Numbered from the stretch's first letter, positions 27,331 to 36,658 are shown. The stretch is 64,000 bases of DNA from Fibrobacterota bacterium (GCA_023249635.1 JAHFCH010000003.1:36617-100616), one strand, 5' to 3'. Numbers and translations are program-made. Notes: a model not told the origin generated them from the sequence alone.

Positions 27331-27879
27331 TTAGCCGGACGTTTCCGCAATCGAATGGGACGGTTCAGGCGCAAGCTTGGTGTACTCGGCGCGTACCACA
27401 ACGGTACCGGCGATCAGATCATGGATTGCACGCCGCTTCTCGTTCATGAACATGGTCAGGATTTCCAGGAGCAGCCAGGCTTCCCTTCGGAAAGAAACCA
27501 GCGGAGCGATGACGGCGGTAACGTAGCGGGGAGAGTATCCCCAATCATTCCGCAAGTGCATGTACCAACCCACGCCGACCAGCCACAAGGCGACCATTCC
27601 GATCTCACGTTTGCAGGATTGCAACAGGCTGATTGGGCCTTCCGTGGCATAGTCCACCACATCCAGGCCCAGGATCCTTTTGCCGGGAGTGCCCGCAAAG
27701 CGCCAGGTAAGCACGATGACGTAAAGTAGCTGCAGAATGCCAGCGGCGTAGATCTTGCCATCGGGAAAAGTTTCCGGTAGGTATTCCAGCGGGACCGCCA
27801 GCACGGACAGGCAAGCGGCATCGATCCAGGCGGCGAAGAATCGGCGCCAACCCGTGCGGTATTTTTCCATGTATTCCAT
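27331..27879 (-). CDS. RDD family membrane protein
   Basis: C-terminal 182 aa of track ORF 27331..28491, starting MEYMEKYRTGWRRFFAAWIDAACLSVLAV (RDD signature: W/RR.F.A..ID), then 3 TM segments. Start overlaps the upstream stop (TAATG). Confidence 0.65.
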   Translation of the reverse strand: MEYMEKYRTGWRRFFAAWIDAACLSVLAVPLEYLPETFPDGKIYAAGILQLLYVIVLTWRFAGTPGKRILGLDVVDYATEGPISLLQSCKREIGMVALWLVGVGWYMHLRNDWGYSPRYVTAVIAPLVSFRREAWLLLEILTMFMNEKRRAIHDLIAGTVVVRAEYTKLAPEPSHSIAETSG

Positions 27880-28424
27880 TACACGCCCTTCTTTTCCCGT
27901 ACGGGGCCATGAAACGGCTCCCGCTCCATCTGGTTGAAGCTCCGTGCCGTTCCCCAAGCGAACAACTTCTCGAACAGCGGGAGCGCCCAATGCCCGCGCA
28001 CCTTCTCCAGGAAGAAATCCTCGTGGGTCTTCTCCACCCGTGCCATTTCGCGGATGCACTCCAGTTCTTCCGACATGCCTTGTTCCGCCGCCAGCCGCTC
28101 CAGCACCACGTACTCTTCCGCATTGCCGCTTTCGAGGCGGCCCGCGAAATACATGGGCAGGAACCATCCGATCAAATGGCACGAAAGGGAGATTGCTTTT
28201 CCGATGCATGCGAATTTGAATTCCAGGAAAGGCGATGGCCGCTCTCCCAAGGCCGAGAGCATGCGGCCGAGGTGTTCGCGGTGGGCCCATTCCTCGTATT
28301 CGATGCGGCGCAGGTCGCGCTTCTCCCCGGCATCGCGGACGGATGCGGCGTGGCCTTGATAGGCGAAGGCCGCGGCGCGTTCCGCCGAATAGGCGAGCCG
28401 CAAAAGGCTGATCAACGGGGTCAT
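27879..28424 (-). CDS. ferritin-like (di-iron carboxylate) domain protein
   Basis: Start at internal Met MTPLISLL. EX2H motifs EYEEWAH and EMARVEKTHE, flanked by helices (AYSAERAAAFAYQGHA, NAEEYVVLERLAAEQG), typical of the ferritin/rubrerythrin/COQ7-like four-helix bundle. Confidence 0.55.
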   Translation of the reverse strand: MTPLISLLRLAYSAERAAAFAYQGHAASVRDAGEKRDLRRIEYEEWAHREHLGRMLSALGERPSPFLEFKFACIGKAISLSCHLIGWFLPMYFAGRLESGNAEEYVVLERLAAEQGMSEELECIREMARVEKTHEDFFLEKVRGHWALPLFEKLFAWGTARSFNQMEREPFHGPVREKKGV

Positions 28425-28565
28425 GAAAACTTTCTCCAAGGCGCATCCGAAAAGGTAACAATGACGGACCCGGCCCGGCCTGGCACCGCAAAAACCATCA
28501 ATCATTAAGCGATACCAACTTTACATTGAAAACCGGGTCGGGGAAAAATAGTTTTCGGGCGGACG

Positions 28566-30491
28566 TTGGCCTCCGTATCGGACGTTATGCAGGGGAATTC
28601 AAAAAGCGTATGCGAGCGCGCCTGGGGGGCCTTTTATGGCGCATGCCTGGCCGCCTCGCTCTGCCTCACCGCCTGCGCCCCCACCCATCCGCCCCGGCCT
28701 CCCGAAGGCTTCTCCTCCTATGGTCCCGGCGAGGGCCGCGACCCCGTCGACCTGCTGGCCGACTCGGTGTGGTGGGAAGCGAATACCCGGCGCGACGTAA
28801 ATTCATTGGAACAGCGCCAGGTCTCCTGGTACCGGGTCAACCATCGCAATCCCCCCCTGGCCGAGACTGTGGAGATTTTCGAGGATGAAACCACGGAAAA
28901 GGATCTACGCATCCGCGTGGACGCCTTCGCTCCGGACGGCAGCCGCTGGTCCGCCGACCCCATCCGATTCACCCGGGCCCGGGCGCGCATCGATGGGTAC
29001 TTCACCAGCAACCAATTCCGCCACGCCGCGCGTATTCCCGGCTATCGCGAGGGCATGCTCATCCGCGTGGAAGCGCATCGCACCATCGTGCGACCGGAGT
29101 TCCGCGGGGGAGAGCCCTTACGCGGAGCCTTCGCCTGCCGCACGCGCTTCGCATCGTTCCGGGCCCCGGAGGGCACCGCCTATTCCGCCGGCGTAGTGAA
29201 TCCCGAAGGCCTGCCGCTGCGCATGGAAGGCGATTCGGGTCCGGGATGGCGGGAAATCCGCGTCACCGCGGACGGCCTGGCCCCCATGCCCGCCTTGGGT
29301 CAGCCGGCCCCGGAGGGCGGGTATTCCGCTTTACGCTTCTCCGTGCCCCCGCAAGGCCCGCGCTCCTGGGACTGGAGCCGTCTAGGGGATCATTACCTGG
29401 GCATGATCGGGAAGGATGCCGAGGGCGACGCGCAGGTGCGCAAGGCCGCGTCCGGACTCACCGGCGGGGACCCCGAGTCCCTGGCCCGCTCCGCCTTCCG
29501 CCTGGTGCAGTCACGGGTACGCTACCTGGCCGACGAAGAACGCATGAACGCCTATGTACCGCGCGCCCCTGGCCGCGTGCTCGCCAACGGCTACGGGGAT
29601 TGCAAGGAAATGGCCAACCTGATGCGCGCCTTGCTGGCGGCCCGCGGCGTGGCGGCGGATCTGGCGCTGTCCCAACCGGCCGATGCCGCACCGCTTTCCA
29701 ACGCCTACCCCTCACTGGCCGATTTCAACCACATGGTACTCTCGCTCGCGCAGCCGGACGGTTCCCGGCTCTGGTTCGATCCCACCGTAGGCGCCGCCGG
29801 TCCGCCGGAATCCTACCTGCCCCTGCTCGCCCGGGAAACCTTGTTGCTTAGGCCCGGGGGCTCCGCCCCGGATTCCGTGCGGCCCGCTCCCGGCTACCGT
29901 AACCGGGCCGTTACCGTATCGCGGCTGGGACCGGAACGCGGGGGCCATTGGATCCTGCGGGGCGAGATCGGGCTCAAGGGCAAGGCCGCTTTCGATCTCA
30001 ACCAGGAACTGCGCTTCCGCCACCCGGGTCCCGCCGAGGCGCGCGCCGCGGTGCGGGCCTTCCTGGCGCGCAGCTTCGGCATCCAGGCTTCGGAATGGGA
30101 ATGGTCCTCGCCGTCACCCGATAGCGCGCGCATCGCCTACGCCATGCCCGCCGATGCCATGCTGGTGACCCTGGCCACCGGGGGCATCAAACTGGATGCG
30201 CCAACGCTGATGGGGCTGGGATCGGGGCTACGCGATGCGGGTCCGGAAGCGGGACGCAGCTTGCCCGCTTTCGAGCAGGAGGATTTATGGATCCTGCCGC
30301 CGGGCTACCGCCAATGGGAGACGCGCGGGTTCGCCCGCGAAGGAGCCACGGGCGAATGGCAATCTTCCGACGGCGGGGCGCGGCGCGCATTCCGTTGCAC
30401 GGCCCGAACCTGGAAGGCCGGAGATCAGGCCGGCCTGGACGGCTTCCTCGACGCTTTGACCGGCTTCACCCTGGCCTCGGTGTGGCAGTGA
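28566..30491 (+). CDS. DUF3857 domain plus transglutaminase-like cysteine protease domain lipoprotein
   Basis: Lipobox CLAASLCLTACAP. Transglutaminase core GYGDCKEMANLMRALLAARGVAADLAL (Cys), FNHMVLSL (His), WFDPT (Asp). The N-terminal ~250 aa resemble DUF3857. True start may be the Met at ~28587. Confidence 0.7.
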   Translation: MASVSDVMQGNSKSVCERAWGAFYGACLAASLCLTACAPTHPPRPPEGFSSYGPGEGRDPVDLLADSVWWEANTRRDVNSLEQRQVSWYRVNHRNPPLAETVEIFEDETTEKDLRIRVDAFAPDGSRWSADPIRFTRARARIDGYFTSNQFRHAARIPGYREGMLIRVEAHRTIVRPEFRGGEPLRGAFACRTRFASFRAPEGTAYSAGVVNPEGLPLRMEGDSGPGWREIRVTADGLAPMPALGQPAPEGGYSALRFSVPPQGPRSWDWSRLGDHYLGMIGKDAEGDAQVRKAASGLTGGDPESLARSAFRLVQSRVRYLADEERMNAYVPRAPGRVLANGYGDCKEMANLMRALLAARGVAADLALSQPADAAPLSNAYPSLADFNHMVLSLAQPDGSRLWFDPTVGAAGPPESYLPLLARETLLLRPGGSAPDSVRPAPGYRNRAVTVSRLGPERGGHWILRGEIGLKGKAAFDLNQELRFRHPGPAEARAAVRAFLARSFGIQASEWEWSSPSPDSARIAYAMPADAMLVTLATGGIKLDAPTLMGLGSGLRDAGPEAGRSLPAFEQEDLWILPPGYRQWETRGFAREGATGEWQSSDGGARRAFRCTARTWKAGDQAGLDGFLDALTGFTLASVWQ

Positions 30492-30492
30492 A

Positions 30493-32430
30493 ATGAAGCT
30501 TCCCCGCTCAGTCCTGCCGCTCGCCGGCGTGCTGCTCTCCCTGTTGCTGGCCGGCTGCGCGGCCCTGCGACCCGCGGGCGCGCCCTGGTATCGCGAAGTG
30601 GCATTCGCGCCTCCCGAGCTGGAAGCCGATTGGGCCCGCTATCACTGGTACGTCGCCGACGTGAAATACGATTTCCGCACCCGGGACGCGGACGAAGACG
30701 GCTACCATGGCCCGCTCTCGTACGCGGATATCTATCTGGTGGTCAAGGCCCTCACCGAAGAAGGCTCCCAAATCGGCACGCTCAACATCCCCTATTGGAA
30801 CCAGAACATCCATTCCATGGATGTGGTACTGCTCGATTCGGCGGGGGCCAAGGTGCCCGTGGATCAAGCCGCCGTGCTCGCCACCTACCGCGAGAAGGGC
30901 GCCGTGGTGCTCCCGCGCGTGACCCGCGGCAGCGTGGTGGCCTTGCATATCCGCCAGGGACCGTTCATGGTACTCGACTATTGGGAATACCCGATGCAGG
31001 GGCTGGTACCCACCTTTAACAGCCGCTTCCGCTTCGCCTACCCAAAACGCCTGCGTTACTCCTGGCGCGGCTATAATGGCCTGGCCGATCCCATTGCGGA
31101 CACCAGCCGTAACGGCTTGGTTACCCTGACCTGGCAGGCGGGGCGCATTCCGCCTCTCGACGATGTACCCTTCCTCGATCCCGCCGGGGCCCGTCCGCGG
31201 CTGGCCATCACCAGCGCCAACGGCGCGCTGGGACAGGGCTTTCCGGATTGGAAGACGGTGGCCGATTTCCGCTCCAAGGAACACTTCGCGGCCAGCGGTC
31301 CCGCCCATGCGGCCAAGGCGCGGGCCTTGGCCCAGGAGCTGACCGCGGGCGCGGCCGGCGATAGCGCCAAGGCCGATATCCTGCTTACCTGGGTGCAGGA
31401 CAATGTGGGCTGGGATCCCGAAGCCAAGCCCTCCCGGGAACCCGATGAGGTGGCCGAACTTCGGCAAGGCGACCTGTGGCAATTGTCGGCGCTCCTGCGC
31501 GAGATGTTCGAAGCGGCAGGGCTGGAAAGCGAAATCATCCTTACCCGCGGCCGGGACCAGGGCGGTTTCGATCCCTATATGGTCACGCCCAATGCGGCCT
31601 GGGAACCGGTGGTATCGGTGCGCGTGGACGGCCGGGAGTGGGCGGCCATGCCCCATGCGCGGTCTTACGGCCTGGGCGACTATCCCGCCACCCTGTACGG
31701 ACTCCATGGGCTTTCCCTGCGCAGCCGCGGCTGCCGTCTGCTCCCCGCCCCGCGTTACCCCGCCGCCGTGGTGCGCATCGATCAGGAACCCCAGCTCACC
31801 CAGCAGCGCGAGCGCCCCGTCTCCGTGACGCTGGACGGCCCCTGGGCCGGCATGGCCCGCACCGACTGGTACGATGGGCATTGGCCCGACCTGGCGGCCT
31901 TCTGCCGCTCCTTCCTTACCGATCTCGGATTCTCGGCCCCCATCCTCACCTGCTCGGAGCGCGATATGCAGGCGCGCAATCGTCCGTTGGTGCTCGACCT
32001 GACGGTAGAGGGCGGCGGCGCCTTCGCGGAACGCGGAGGCGTACGGCAGGCCGCCTACGCCAATCTCTTCTCGCGACCGGCGTGGTTCTACGACAGCGCC
32101 CGGAGCGACGCCTATTATTTCCCCTTTGCCCAGGTGCGGCGCGAAACCGCCGTATTCCACCCCGCGGCCGGTTCCCGCTTGGAACTGGAAACGCATTGCT
32201 CGGAATCCCGGGACGCGCTTCCGCGCGTGACCTGTCTTCGTCAAGATGGCGTGGATAGCGTAGCATTCACGCGGGAGACGCGCTTCCCCGCGGGCCGCGT
32301 GGAGGCGCAAGAGTTGCGCGATCGGCAGCGGGCTTTGGCGGATCTGGACGGGCTGAGGGATGTGCGCGCGACGCTGAAGCCGGTGCCGCCGTCGCGTCCG
32401 GGCGGTCTGGTTACCCGGCTGCCGGAATAA
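30493..32430 (+). CDS. DUF3857/DUF3858-like lipoprotein (partner of the transglutaminase-like protein)
   Basis: Lipobox LSLLLAGCAAL. 645 aa. Starts 1 nt after the upstream stop (TGAAATG). Same pairing architecture as Bacteroidota DUF3857/transglutaminase gene pairs. Confidence 0.55.
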   Translation: MKLPRSVLPLAGVLLSLLLAGCAALRPAGAPWYREVAFAPPELEADWARYHWYVADVKYDFRTRDADEDGYHGPLSYADIYLVVKALTEEGSQIGTLNIPYWNQNIHSMDVVLLDSAGAKVPVDQAAVLATYREKGAVVLPRVTRGSVVALHIRQGPFMVLDYWEYPMQGLVPTFNSRFRFAYPKRLRYSWRGYNGLADPIADTSRNGLVTLTWQAGRIPPLDDVPFLDPAGARPRLAITSANGALGQGFPDWKTVADFRSKEHFAASGPAHAAKARALAQELTAGAAGDSAKADILLTWVQDNVGWDPEAKPSREPDEVAELRQGDLWQLSALLREMFEAAGLESEIILTRGRDQGGFDPYMVTPNAAWEPVVSVRVDGREWAAMPHARSYGLGDYPATLYGLHGLSLRSRGCRLLPAPRYPAAVVRIDQEPQLTQQRERPVSVTLDGPWAGMARTDWYDGHWPDLAAFCRSFLTDLGFSAPILTCSERDMQARNRPLVLDLTVEGGGAFAERGGVRQAAYANLFSRPAWFYDSARSDAYYFPFAQVRRETAVFHPAAGSRLELETHCSESRDALPRVTCLRQDGVDSVAFTRETRFPAGRVEAQELRDRQRALADLDGLRDVRATLKPVPPSRPGGLVTRLPE

Positions 32431-33544
32431 CGACTGCCGCGGCTTGCGGCGCCCGATTCCGCTTCAAGGCACGGTTGCCCAACTGGCCGCATGCCGCCAT
32501 TGCATCCTTCCCCTTGGTCCCCCGGACGCGGCAGTACTGTCCCGCCTCCATCAGCCAATGGAAGAAATCCGCCGTATCGGTCTTGTCGGGCCGGGCGAAG
32601 GGCGAGTCGAGGCGGGGGTTGTACGGGATCAGGTTCACGCAGGCCTTGAGGCCCTTCAGGTATTCCGCTACCTCCAGCGCATGCGCGCGGGTATCGTTTA
32701 CGCCCTTTATCAGCACGTACTCCATGAACAGGAAATCGCCGCGCCGGGCCAGCGGAAAATCCAGCAGGGCGGCCTTGAGTTCGGCCAGCGGCCATTGCCG
32801 GTTGATGGGCATGATGCGCGAACGCACTTCGTCGTTGGGAGCGTTGAGGCTCACCGCCAGGCGAAGGCGGGAGAAGCCTTCGGGGGGCGGCTGGGCGGCC
32901 AGGGCCGCCAAACGACGGATGCCGTCCACATGCCCGACGGTGGAAATGGTTATCGAGGATTGCCCGATGTTGAGACCACGTTGATCGGAAAGGATGCGCA
33001 CCGCCTGCAGCACGTTGTCCAGGTTGTCCATCGGTTCGCCCATGCCCATGAACACCACGTTCTCGATGGGCTCCTTGAGCACATGCCGGGCCACCATCAC
33101 CTGGGCGACGATTTCCCCCGCATCCAGGCTGCGCAGGTAGCCCATCTGGGCCGTCTCGCAGAAGGTGCAGCCCATCTTGCAGCCCACCTGGGAAGAGACG
33201 CACAGGGACTTGTATTGGCGCATGGGGATAATGACGGATTCGCATTCGTAGCCGTCCCGCAGCTTGAGCAGGAACTTGTACGTCTCGCCATCGCCGGAGC
33301 GACCGGAGATTTCCGGCAGGCTATAGGCGAAGGCATCGCGGACCTTGGCGGCCAGAGAGGGGTTGGCGGCGAATTCCGGGAGCGGACCGGGATCGTCGGC
33401 GCCGCGCCGGTAGAGGGATCGGAAGAGGGCGCCCGCGTGGTATTCCCCTTTGCCGAAGCGGCGCGCGAACTCGGCGGTCAGGCCGGCGTAGTCGTAGCGG
33501 AGGATATCGTCGGGGCCGGTAAGGGCCGCGGGGGCGGAAGACAT
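32411..33544 (-). CDS. rlmN: 23S rRNA (adenine2503-C2)-methyltransferase, radical SAM (RlmN/Cfr family)
   Basis: Radical-SAM cluster motif CVSSQVGCKMGCTFCETAQMG (CxxxCxxC), plus FMGMGEPMDN and the conserved GIRRLA...NAPND blocks of RlmN. Confidence 0.85.
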   Translation of the reverse strand: MSSAPAALTGPDDILRYDYAGLTAEFARRFGKGEYHAGALFRSLYRRGADDPGPLPEFAANPSLAAKVRDAFAYSLPEISGRSGDGETYKFLLKLRDGYECESVIIPMRQYKSLCVSSQVGCKMGCTFCETAQMGYLRSLDAGEIVAQVMVARHVLKEPIENVVFMGMGEPMDNLDNVLQAVRILSDQRGLNIGQSSITISTVGHVDGIRRLAALAAQPPPEGFSRLRLAVSLNAPNDEVRSRIMPINRQWPLAELKAALLDFPLARRGDFLFMEYVLIKGVNDTRAHALEVAEYLKGLKACVNLIPYNPRLDSPFARPDKTDTADFFHWLMEAGQYCRVRGTKGKDAMAACGQLGNRALKRNRAPQAAAVVIPAAG

Positions 33545-33605
33545 CTTCCTGATCTACCTAAATCCGCCGCGCCTTCCGAATGCGCCCGGTTGGGGATTTT
33601 GGGGG

Positions 33606-34313
33606 TCAGGCATCCAGGGTAAACGGCGTGAAGCGGGTCTTGCGATCGTAGAAGTCTTCGCTCTCGGCCCGCTTGAGAAAGCCAACCACCCGGTAGGTCA
33701 CCGGCGTCATCACCACTTCCCACCCGGTCTTGAGGAAGTACTGCATCACCGTCACCTTTAATACGTCCCCGGTGGCCCAGATGCCGGCGAAGGCGATGAA
33801 GTAGAACAGGGACGAGTCCACGGCTTCGCCGACCAAGGTCGAGCCGATGGTGCGCACCCATAGCCATTTTCCTTCGGTGCGGATCTTGAGCTTGGCCAGC
33901 ACGAAACTGTTGGCGAAGCTGCCGGACCAGAAGGCGATCATGGAACCCGCCGCGATTCGCCAGGCATTGCCGAAAACGCCTTCCAACTGACCCTGGTACG
34001 ACTTCATCCAATCGCTCTGCGCGGCGGGCAGATGTACCACCACCCAGGCCATGAGGGATGCGAAGGCCAAGGCGCCGAAGCCCGCCCATACCACGCGGCG
34101 GTCCCGCGCGTAGCCGTACACCTCGGTGAGGATATCCCCAAAGATATACGAGATAGGGAAGAATAGGACCCCGGCCCCGAAGGTCACGGTTCCCAGAATG
34201 GGAAAGGTCACGGTTGCCTGCTTGGCCGCGCCGATGAAATTGGAGCAAAGGAGCACGGTCACGAAGGCGGCCATCACCAGGTCGTAGTATTTGTAGGTAC
34301 GGTGTTTATCCAT
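33606..34313 (-). CDS. yhhQ: queuosine precursor transporter (YhhQ / VUT family, DUF165)
   Basis: YDLVMAAFVTVLLCSNFIGAAK...FPISYIFGDILTEVYGY...VWAGFGA are characteristic of YhhQ/VUT. 6 TM. Confidence 0.75.
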   Translation of the reverse strand: MDKHRTYKYYDLVMAAFVTVLLCSNFIGAAKQATVTFPILGTVTFGAGVLFFPISYIFGDILTEVYGYARDRRVVWAGFGALAFASLMAWVVVHLPAAQSDWMKSYQGQLEGVFGNAWRIAAGSMIAFWSGSFANSFVLAKLKIRTEGKWLWVRTIGSTLVGEAVDSSLFYFIAFAGIWATGDVLKVTVMQYFLKTGWEVVMTPVTYRVVGFLKRAESEDFYDRKTRFTPFTLDA

Positions 34314-34341
34314 GGACTCTCTCTGTGGTCGTTGCTTCGTT

Positions 34342-34430
34342 AGGTTTAAGGTTAAAGGTTTAAGGTAGGTAGGTCTCGTAGGCCCGGTCGGGTCGCCCCC
34401 TTAAACCTTAGACCTTAGACCTTAAACCTT
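34342..34430. repeat. intergenic long imperfect hairpin whose two arms are tandem 7-nt repeats (AGGTTTA-like / CCTTARA x4)
   Basis: Left arm aggtttaaggttaaaggtttaaggtaggtagg (34342..34373). Right arm ccttaaaccttagaccttagaccttaaacctt (34399..34430). Outer 10 bp pair perfectly. GC-rich loop tctcgtaggcccggtcgggtcgccc. Lies between the rnhA stop and the yhhQ start. AT-rich in a high-GC genome. Confidence 0.6.
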
Positions 34431-34439
34431 TCTTCGTTT

Positions 34440-34904
34440 TCACCCATACCCCTCATCCACCGCCAGCTCCGCTCCCGCCGCCGCCGCATTCGCGAGTTCG
34501 TCGCAGCGTTCGTTCTCGGGGACTCCCGAATGGCCTTTGACCCAGGCGAAGCGCACGTCGTGGCGCGAGCACAGGTCCAGCAGGCGTTCCCATAGATCGG
34601 GATTCATGGCCATCTGCTTATCGGGTTTGCGCCAGCCGTTGCGTTTCCACTTCTGGGCCCAGCCCTTCTCCACGGCGTCGACCACGTATTTGGAATCGGA
34701 GTGGAGCAGCACGCGGCTGCGGGCCTTAAGGGCTTCCAGGCCGGCGATGGCGCCCATCAACTCCATGCGGTTGTTGGTGGTGCGCTTGTAGCCGGCGCTC
34801 AGTTCCTTGCGGTTGTCCTTGTACAGGAGCACGGTGCCGTAGCCGCCGGGGCCGGGATTGCCGAGGCAGGCGCCGTCGGCATAGATCGTGATGAGTTCAT
34901 CCAC
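34440..34904 (-). CDS. rnhA: ribonuclease HI
   Basis: [44 protein letters not shown]...NERCDELA match the RNase H catalytic DEDD context. Confidence 0.9.
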   Translation of the reverse strand: MDELITIYADGACLGNPGPGGYGTVLLYKDNRKELSAGYKRTTNNRMELMGAIAGLEALKARSRVLLHSDSKYVVDAVEKGWAQKWKRNGWRKPDKQMAMNPDLWERLLDLCSRHDVRFAWVKGHSGVPENERCDELANAAAAGAELAVDEGYG

Positions 34905-34931
34905 CCCTGAAAAGCTAGAAAATCAGGCCCC

Positions 34932-35639
34932 TCAACCCCACTTCACGCGCGCGATGCCGGGGCAGGCGGTGAGGTTCTCGACCACTTGGCGTGAAAGCGA
35001 TATGACGTCGTTGCGGCGCATCTTCACGTCGCAATGCAAGGTGCGGCAGTTGCCCGCCACATCGTAGTCGAGGGCGATGCGCTGTATGCGCACGCCGGCG
35101 TCTTCCAGCTTCTTGCGGATCTCATCATCGCTGATTCCGTTCAGTCCCAGCACCACGGTCACGGTGCAGTAATAGTCCTTCTTGACATGCGCCTCCATAT
35201 GCGGCATCGCATAGAGCGCGAAGGTGGCGATGCCTGTGCCGATAACGCCGATGGCGATATGCCCGCTGCCGAAGGCGAGTCCGAGGATGGTGATGAACCA
35301 CAGCACCGCCGCCGTGGTCACGCCGCGCACCAAGGTGCCCTGGCGTATGATGGCTCCCGCACCCAGGAAGCCGATGCCCGTAAGGATGCCGGCCGCCAGG
35401 CGGGCCCGGTCGGGACGCATCATTCCGGCGGCCTGGTTGAAGCTTTCGCGGTAGAAATCCTCGGAGAGGATCATGGCCAGGCACGAAGCCACGCACGCCA
35501 AGATGGTGGTTTTGAGCCCCGCGGCCCGTCCATGGCTTTCCCGCTCCAGCCCTAAGACCAAACCGGCCGCCATCGCAAAACCTATCCGAATCAACACATC
35601 TTTGAGGTCCAAAGCCGTAACGGGATTCAAAATCGCCAT
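34932..35639 (-). CDS. MgtC/SapB family membrane protein
   Basis: IRIGFAMAAGLVLGLERE...GLKT signature of MgtC, with the C-terminal ACT-like soluble domain. Start at internal Met MAILNP (35639), not the track's 35798. Confidence 0.8.
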   Translation of the reverse strand: MAILNPVTALDLKDVLIRIGFAMAAGLVLGLERESHGRAAGLKTTILACVASCLAMILSEDFYRESFNQAAGMMRPDRARLAAGILTGIGFLGAGAIIRQGTLVRGVTTAAVLWFITILGLAFGSGHIAIGVIGTGIATFALYAMPHMEAHVKKDYYCTVTVVLGLNGISDDEIRKKLEDAGVRIQRIALDYDVAGNCRTLHCDVKMRRNDVISLSRQVVENLTACPGIARVKWG

Positions 35640-35736
35640 CCTTTCCTCAGGTAACCTTGATTTTAAGCCTCCCCGCGACGGAAAACAACCACCCGAGGTC
35701 CCGGTTCCGGATAAAAAAATCTGAAAAATAGTTGCA

Positions 35737-36330
35737 TTGGGACTTGCCCCGCAAAAATGGTGTAATGGTAAAATGGTGGCGGAGGAGAAACTCCCCATGA
35801 AGATGCCAGCACATATTTCCCCGTGGTTGAACGATGAAGAACTTGCGGCCTGGGTGCGCGAAGCGCCAACCCAGGATGCCTACAAAAAGAGGCTGGCCAT
35901 CTGGCTGACTCGCCGCGGTCCGTTCCACGCGCATAAGGTTTCCGAACTGTTGCAGGTTTCCAAGCAGGCCGTGTGGCTTTGGATCAAGCAATACAACCAG
36001 GGCGGCCCGGACAGCCTGGACCGCAAGGGCCGGGGCGGCCGCCGCCGGGCCTATCTCTCCCTGGACCAGGAGCGCGCCTTGGTGGAGCGCCTGCAATCCC
36101 AGGTCGCGAAGGGCCAGGCCCGTAAGGCCAAGGAGCTCCTTCCCGAAGTGCTCGAGGCGGTGGGACAGAACGTGTCCGTCGCTTACGTGTACCGCTTGAT
36201 GCAGCGGCATGAACGCCGTCGAGGGCCCTCGGCCGCCAAACCCATGCGTAAGTTGGACGGCGAAACCGAAATGTCCCCCATACCGGTACAGCCCGGTACG
36301 GGCATGCCGGTCCAGAATCCGGTTGCCTGA
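35737..36330 (+). CDS. helix-turn-helix domain protein resembling the N-terminal HTH part of IS630-family transposases (no DDE domain)
   Basis: LLQVSKQAVWLWIKQYNQGGPDSLDRKGRGGRRRAYLSLDQERALVE resembles the winged-HTH of IS630/Tc1 OrfA (VS..TVYRW..RY...G...L.DR.RSGRP..L). No catalytic domain follows. Start ambiguous (M1, M13, M21 or M23). Confidence 0.45.
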   Translation: MGLAPQKWCNGKMVAEEKLPMKMPAHISPWLNDEELAAWVREAPTQDAYKKRLAIWLTRRGPFHAHKVSELLQVSKQAVWLWIKQYNQGGPDSLDRKGRGGRRRAYLSLDQERALVERLQSQVAKGQARKAKELLPEVLEAVGQNVSVAYVYRLMQRHERRRGPSAAKPMRKLDGETEMSPIPVQPGTGMPVQNPVA

Positions 36331-36575
36331 TCCGGAAAAATCCGTTTTCCCCTCTTGATCCACCGTCGTGGGGTTTTACGCCCCGCGATGGCGATCCTTC
36401 CACACCTGTTAACCTGCCGGTAACGGCCATCCGCATGTTTCCCCCGCCCTGGGAGCCCCGCTCCTGTTAGGCTGCGCGCCGCCCGCATTATTTACCCTTG
36501 TTTGCCCCATCTATGTTGGATCGTGTTCAACGTGACGAATCACTTACGAATTGATCACTCCGGATTTCAGGCGCG

Positions 36576-36591
36576 AAACGCATTTGCGTTT
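36576..36591. promoter_or_regulatory. 7-2-7 inverted repeat AAACGCA-TT-TGCGTTT followed by TATATATAT, ~70 bp upstream of the UbiA-family gene
   Basis: Perfect inverted repeat read directly; an AT-rich -10-like tract follows immediately. Candidate operator plus promoter. Confidence 0.3.
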
Positions 36592-36658
36592 ATATATATT
36601 CCCGCAAAGAACACAGGGCGAACGGTCGCGCCCTGCATCGCATTCCGGAGGGAACCTT

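Noticed and set aside
27880-28491. Upstream 204 codons of track ORF 27331..28491
   Set aside because: Out-of-frame translation across the ferritin-like gene. The RDD protein begins at the internal Met.
34342-34430. Possible CRISPR array from the heptamer tandem repeats (also 57760..57870)
   Set aside because: The repeats are 7 nt with no intervening unique spacers and are arranged as inverted arms of a hairpin. This is not CRISPR-like.
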